Of a stretch of 64,000 nt of DNA, positions 61,469 through 64,000 are shown piece by piece. The notes beneath the pieces were generated by a model. The model was not told the DNA's origin. It searched no databases and was given only the letters and a program-made list of their open reading frames with translations. Source of the DNA: an uncultured Elusimicrobia bacterium (GTDB taxonomy: Bacteria; Elusimicrobiota; Elusimicrobia; FEN-1173); NCBI GenBank assembly GCA_964484135.1, contig CAZAEL010000003.1, forward strand, positions 4,306-68,305, in the 5' to 3' direction. Position 1 is the stretch's first letter; each line of letters starts with the position of its first letter. Both the position numbers and the translations under genes were made by a program.

Positions 61469-62259
61469 ATCTAAACCTGACGGGCAAAAAGGCGCTGGTT
61501 ACGGGGGGCGCTTCCGGCATCGGACGCGCGATCGTACGCGAGCTTGCGAAGGAAGGCGTGAAGGTGGCTTTTACCTCCCGCAACGAGGAACGTTCGCGTG
61601 AAACGATGGAAATGATCGGCGGCACGAAAGCCGGCCACCTCTTCGTCAAAAGCGCCATCGCGGAAGAGGGGGAGCCTCGCCGCGTGGCGGAAACGGTCTG
61701 GAAAGGCTTGGGAGAACTGGACATCGTGGTCAACAACGTCGGCGATACGCTCAACATCGTCGACCCGCTCTGCCCGCTTTCAGACTGGAAGCGGCTTTAC
61801 CGCTTGAACCTGGAGGTCCACGTTGAGGTCAACAATCTTTTCATACCGCACATGAAGGAGCAGAAGTGGGGGCGCATCGTGAACATTACGGCCGGGGCGG
61901 CTTTCGAAAACAGCGGCCCCGTGCCCTATTGCACCATGAAGGCGGCGTACACGGCGTACACGCGCAGCATGGCGCGGGTATTGGCTCCGGAGGGGATCGT
62001 GATGTCGGCCGTCTTGCCGGGCGTTGTGCTGACGGAGGAGGGGCACTGGCAGAGGGTCCTGAAGGAACGTCCGGAACACGCCGAGAAATACCTCGCGGAG
62101 CGCACCAGCCTGAAACGGTTCGGCCGTACGGACGAAATTAGTCCCATGGTGGCGCTCCTTTGTTCGGATTTGGCGAGTTTTTGCGTCGGCTCCATCGTGC
62201 CGGTGGAAGGCGGACAGGCGCGCCATTTCTTTGCCGGCAACCAATATTCCATCATCTAG
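61465..62259 (+). CDS. SDR family oxidoreductase
   Basis: [17 protein letters not shown] ... NNVG ... classical SDR. ATGA coupling. Confidence 0.8.
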   Translation: MNLNLTGKKALVTGGASGIGRAIVRELAKEGVKVAFTSRNEERSRETMEMIGGTKAGHLFVKSAIAEEGEPRRVAETVWKGLGELDIVVNNVGDTLNIVDPLCPLSDWKRLYRLNLEVHVEVNNLFIPHMKEQKWGRIVNITAGAAFENSGPVPYCTMKAAYTAYTRSMARVLAPEGIVMSAVLPGVVLTEEGHWQRVLKERPEHAEKYLAERTSLKRFGRTDEISPMVALLCSDLASFCVGSIVPVEGGQARHFFAGNQYSII

Positions 62260-62277
62260 CCGAGGGGCCGGACAAGC

Positions 62278-64000
62278 GTGAAATTGACCGATTACGTCGT
62301 CAAGCTCCTGAAGGACAACGGCGTTAACCATGTGTTCGGATTAACGGGCGGAGCGGCCGTGCACCTGTTCGACTCGGCGGATCGGCTGTCGGGCATGACG
62401 CCGGTCTTCAACCACCATGAACAGGCCGGGGCCATGGCCGCGGAAGCCTACGCCAAAGTCCGAAACGGTCTGGGCGCGTGTTTCGTCACAACGGGCCCGG
62501 GGGTGACGAACGCCCTTACCGGGCTCTGCATCGCCTGGCAGGATTCCGTGCCCTGCGTGTTTATCTCCGGACAGACGCGCGTTGAACACACCTCACGCGG
62601 AAAGCCCGTACGACAGGTCGGGACCCAGCACCTGGAAGTCGTGCCCATCGTGCAGAGCATGACCAAATACGCGGTCATGGTGCCTGACGCCGGCAGTATC
62701 CGCTATCACTTGGAAAAGGCGGTTCACCTGGCGCGCACGGGCCGCCCGGGGCCGGTCTGGATCGACCTCCCCTTGAACCTGCAGTGGGCGAACGTCGAGC
62801 CGGACGCTTTGCGAAGATTTGATCCCGCTGAACTCCCTCCTGCACCCGAAGACCCGACCCTTGGACAAAAAGTTGAGCAATGTCTTGCCCTCTTAAACGT
62901 GGCCAAGAGACCGCTGGTTCTTGTAGGTTACGGCGTTCGTTTGGCTCATGCGGAAGCCGAATTCCTTCAATTCCTGGACGCCTATCAGGTCCCCTTCCTC
63001 ACGACGTGGGGCGCGGCGGACCTGTGTGATACAGACGATCCACTCTATGTGGGACGTCCCGGCATCGCCGGCCAGCGAGGCGCCAACCTCGCCATCCAGA
63101 ACTGCGACCTGCTGATCGCCATTGGGTCTCATCTCAGCATTCCGATCACGGGGACGCTCTTTCAGGCGTTTGCCCGGGAGGCGAAGCGGGTGGTCGTGAA
63201 CATCGATCAGCAGCAGCTCGATTTCGAGACGGTGCGCGTGGATTTGCCGATCCGTTGCGATGCCGGGAGGTTCTTGGTCGAGATGGTTAAGCGCGCGCCG
63301 TCCCGTCATTCCCAGGATATTCCTACCTGGCGCGGCAAATGCCAGCGTTACGCGGGGTATAACCAAGTTCCCGCCGACTGGTACTCCCAGAAAGTTTCTG
63401 TCAACCAGTACGTTTTCGTAGACGAGCTCTCCAAATCCCTTGAGACGGATGACGTCGTGGTCGTAGACGGCGGGGGGACAAACGTGTACATCTCGTTCCA
63501 AGCGCTGCGTTTGAAAAAAGGCCAACGTGTCATCATGCCCACCGCGACCGCTCCCATGGGATCGGGTCTGCCCGAAGCCATCGGCGCTTGCTTCGCAAAG
63601 GGCGGCGGGCGGACAATCTGTCTCTGCGGGGACGGGAGCTTCCAGCTCAACGTGCAGGAGCTTCAGACGGTCTTCCACCACAAACTACCGATTAAGCTGT
63701 TCATTTTCAACAACGATGGTTACGTGTCCATCCGCGGGACCCAAGCCGAATTTTTGGAAGGGAACTTCGCGGGTTCGACGGCCAAGGGCGGCATGAGCCT
63801 TCCAGATGTGTGCGCCGTGGCGGCGGCATATAAGTTGCCCACCTATCGTATCGAACGTCATGATCAGATAGGAGAAACGCTGAAAACGATCCTCAAGTCC
63901 TCCGGGCCGGCGGTCTGCGAGGTGATGATATCGCCGGATCAGAAGGTGGTGCCGACCCAGGGTTTCTATCGTTTGCCGGACGGCACGTTCCGCCCTCGAC
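62278..64000 (+). CDS. ThDP-dependent acetolactate-synthase-like enzyme (YerE-like candidate), GTG start, 3'-truncated at the window end
   Basis: Hand-translated, because the ORF track omits it (no stop in window). VKLTDYVVKLLKDNGVNHVFGLTGGAAVHLFD ... HEQAGAMAAEAYAKV ... TTGPGVTNAL ... TPP motif GDGSFQLNVQEL ... FNNDGY. Confidence 0.75.
   Translation, partial: MKLTDYVVKLLKDNGVNHVFGLTGGAAVHLFDSADRLSGMTPVFNHHEQAGAMAAEAYAKVRNGLGACFVTTGPGVTNALTGLCIAWQDSVPCVFISGQTRVEHTSRGKPVRQVGTQHLEVVPIVQSMTKYAVMVPDAGSIRYHLEKAVHLARTGRPGPVWIDLPLNLQWANVEPDALRRFDPAELPPAPEDPTLGQKVEQCLALLNVAKRPLVLVGYGVRLAHAEAEFLQFLDAYQVPFLTTWGAADLCDTDDPLYVGRPGIAGQRGANLAIQNCDLLIAIGSHLSIPITGTLFQAFAREAKRVVVNIDQQQLDFETVRVDLPIRCDAGRFLVEMVKRAPSRHSQDIPTWRGKCQRYAGYNQVPADWYSQKVSVNQYVFVDELSKSLETDDVVVVDGGGTNVYISFQALRLKKGQRVIMPTATAPMGSGLPEAIGACFAKGGGRTICLCGDGSFQLNVQELQTVFHHKLPIKLFIFNNDGYVSIRGTQAEFLEGNFAGSTAKGGMSLPDVCAVAAAYKLPTYRIERHDQIGETLKTILKSSGPAVCEVMISPDQKVVPTQGFYRLPDGTFRPR

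Overview
This is a high-GC (about 65-70% by eye) bacterial chromosomal segment. Nearly all real genes are on the + strand, and the many long minus-strand ORFs in the six-frame track are GC-driven artefacts. An LptD-like gene indicates a diderm cell envelope. From start to end the window holds: (1) the 3' 7.2 kb of a giant gene (>2391 aa) with an embedded phosphoglucose-isomerase-like double-SIS domain and a YdcF/DUF218-like domain; (2) housekeeping genes icd, ndk, a CheY-like receiver, a signal-peptide-less SBP-like protein fused in an operon with a GAF-GGDEF diguanylate cyclase, rho (with a near-consensus sigma70 promoter and a C-rich leader), an M23/LysM peptidase, rpmE (long K/A/P-rich tail), prfA, prmC and murA; (3) a fused his (hisDBHAFI) - lepB - trp (trpEGD | trpCF | trpBA) supercluster with two structured intergenic inverted repeats; (4) accD-folC, a ROK glucokinase and lptD; (5) a surface-glycan locus of about 28 kb. 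The glycan locus has a WbpP-like epimerase, rfbB, ugd, a Wzx-like flippase, an inverted three-gene module (SDR, small membrane protein, NodU/CmcH carbamoyltransferase), an O-antigen-ligase-like protein, a wHTH regulator, gmd, an ABC-2 exporter whose ATPase has degenerate catalytic motifs, and two tandem paralogous unknown proteins (possibly KpsS/KpsC-like). It continues with a heptose module (a kinase plus nucleotidyltransferase with HldE domains in reversed order, and gmhA) and several SDR epimerase/reductases. It ends with an unusual enzyme set: TPP-dependent E1 alpha/beta, a sugar C-methyltransferase, DmpF/DmpG-like acetaldehyde dehydrogenase and aldolase, an HpcH-family aldolase, an SDR and a YerE/acetolactate-synthase-like TPP enzyme. 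Together these suggest biosynthesis of an undescribed branched or higher-carbon sugar. No tRNA, rRNA, CRISPR array or mobile element was recognised.
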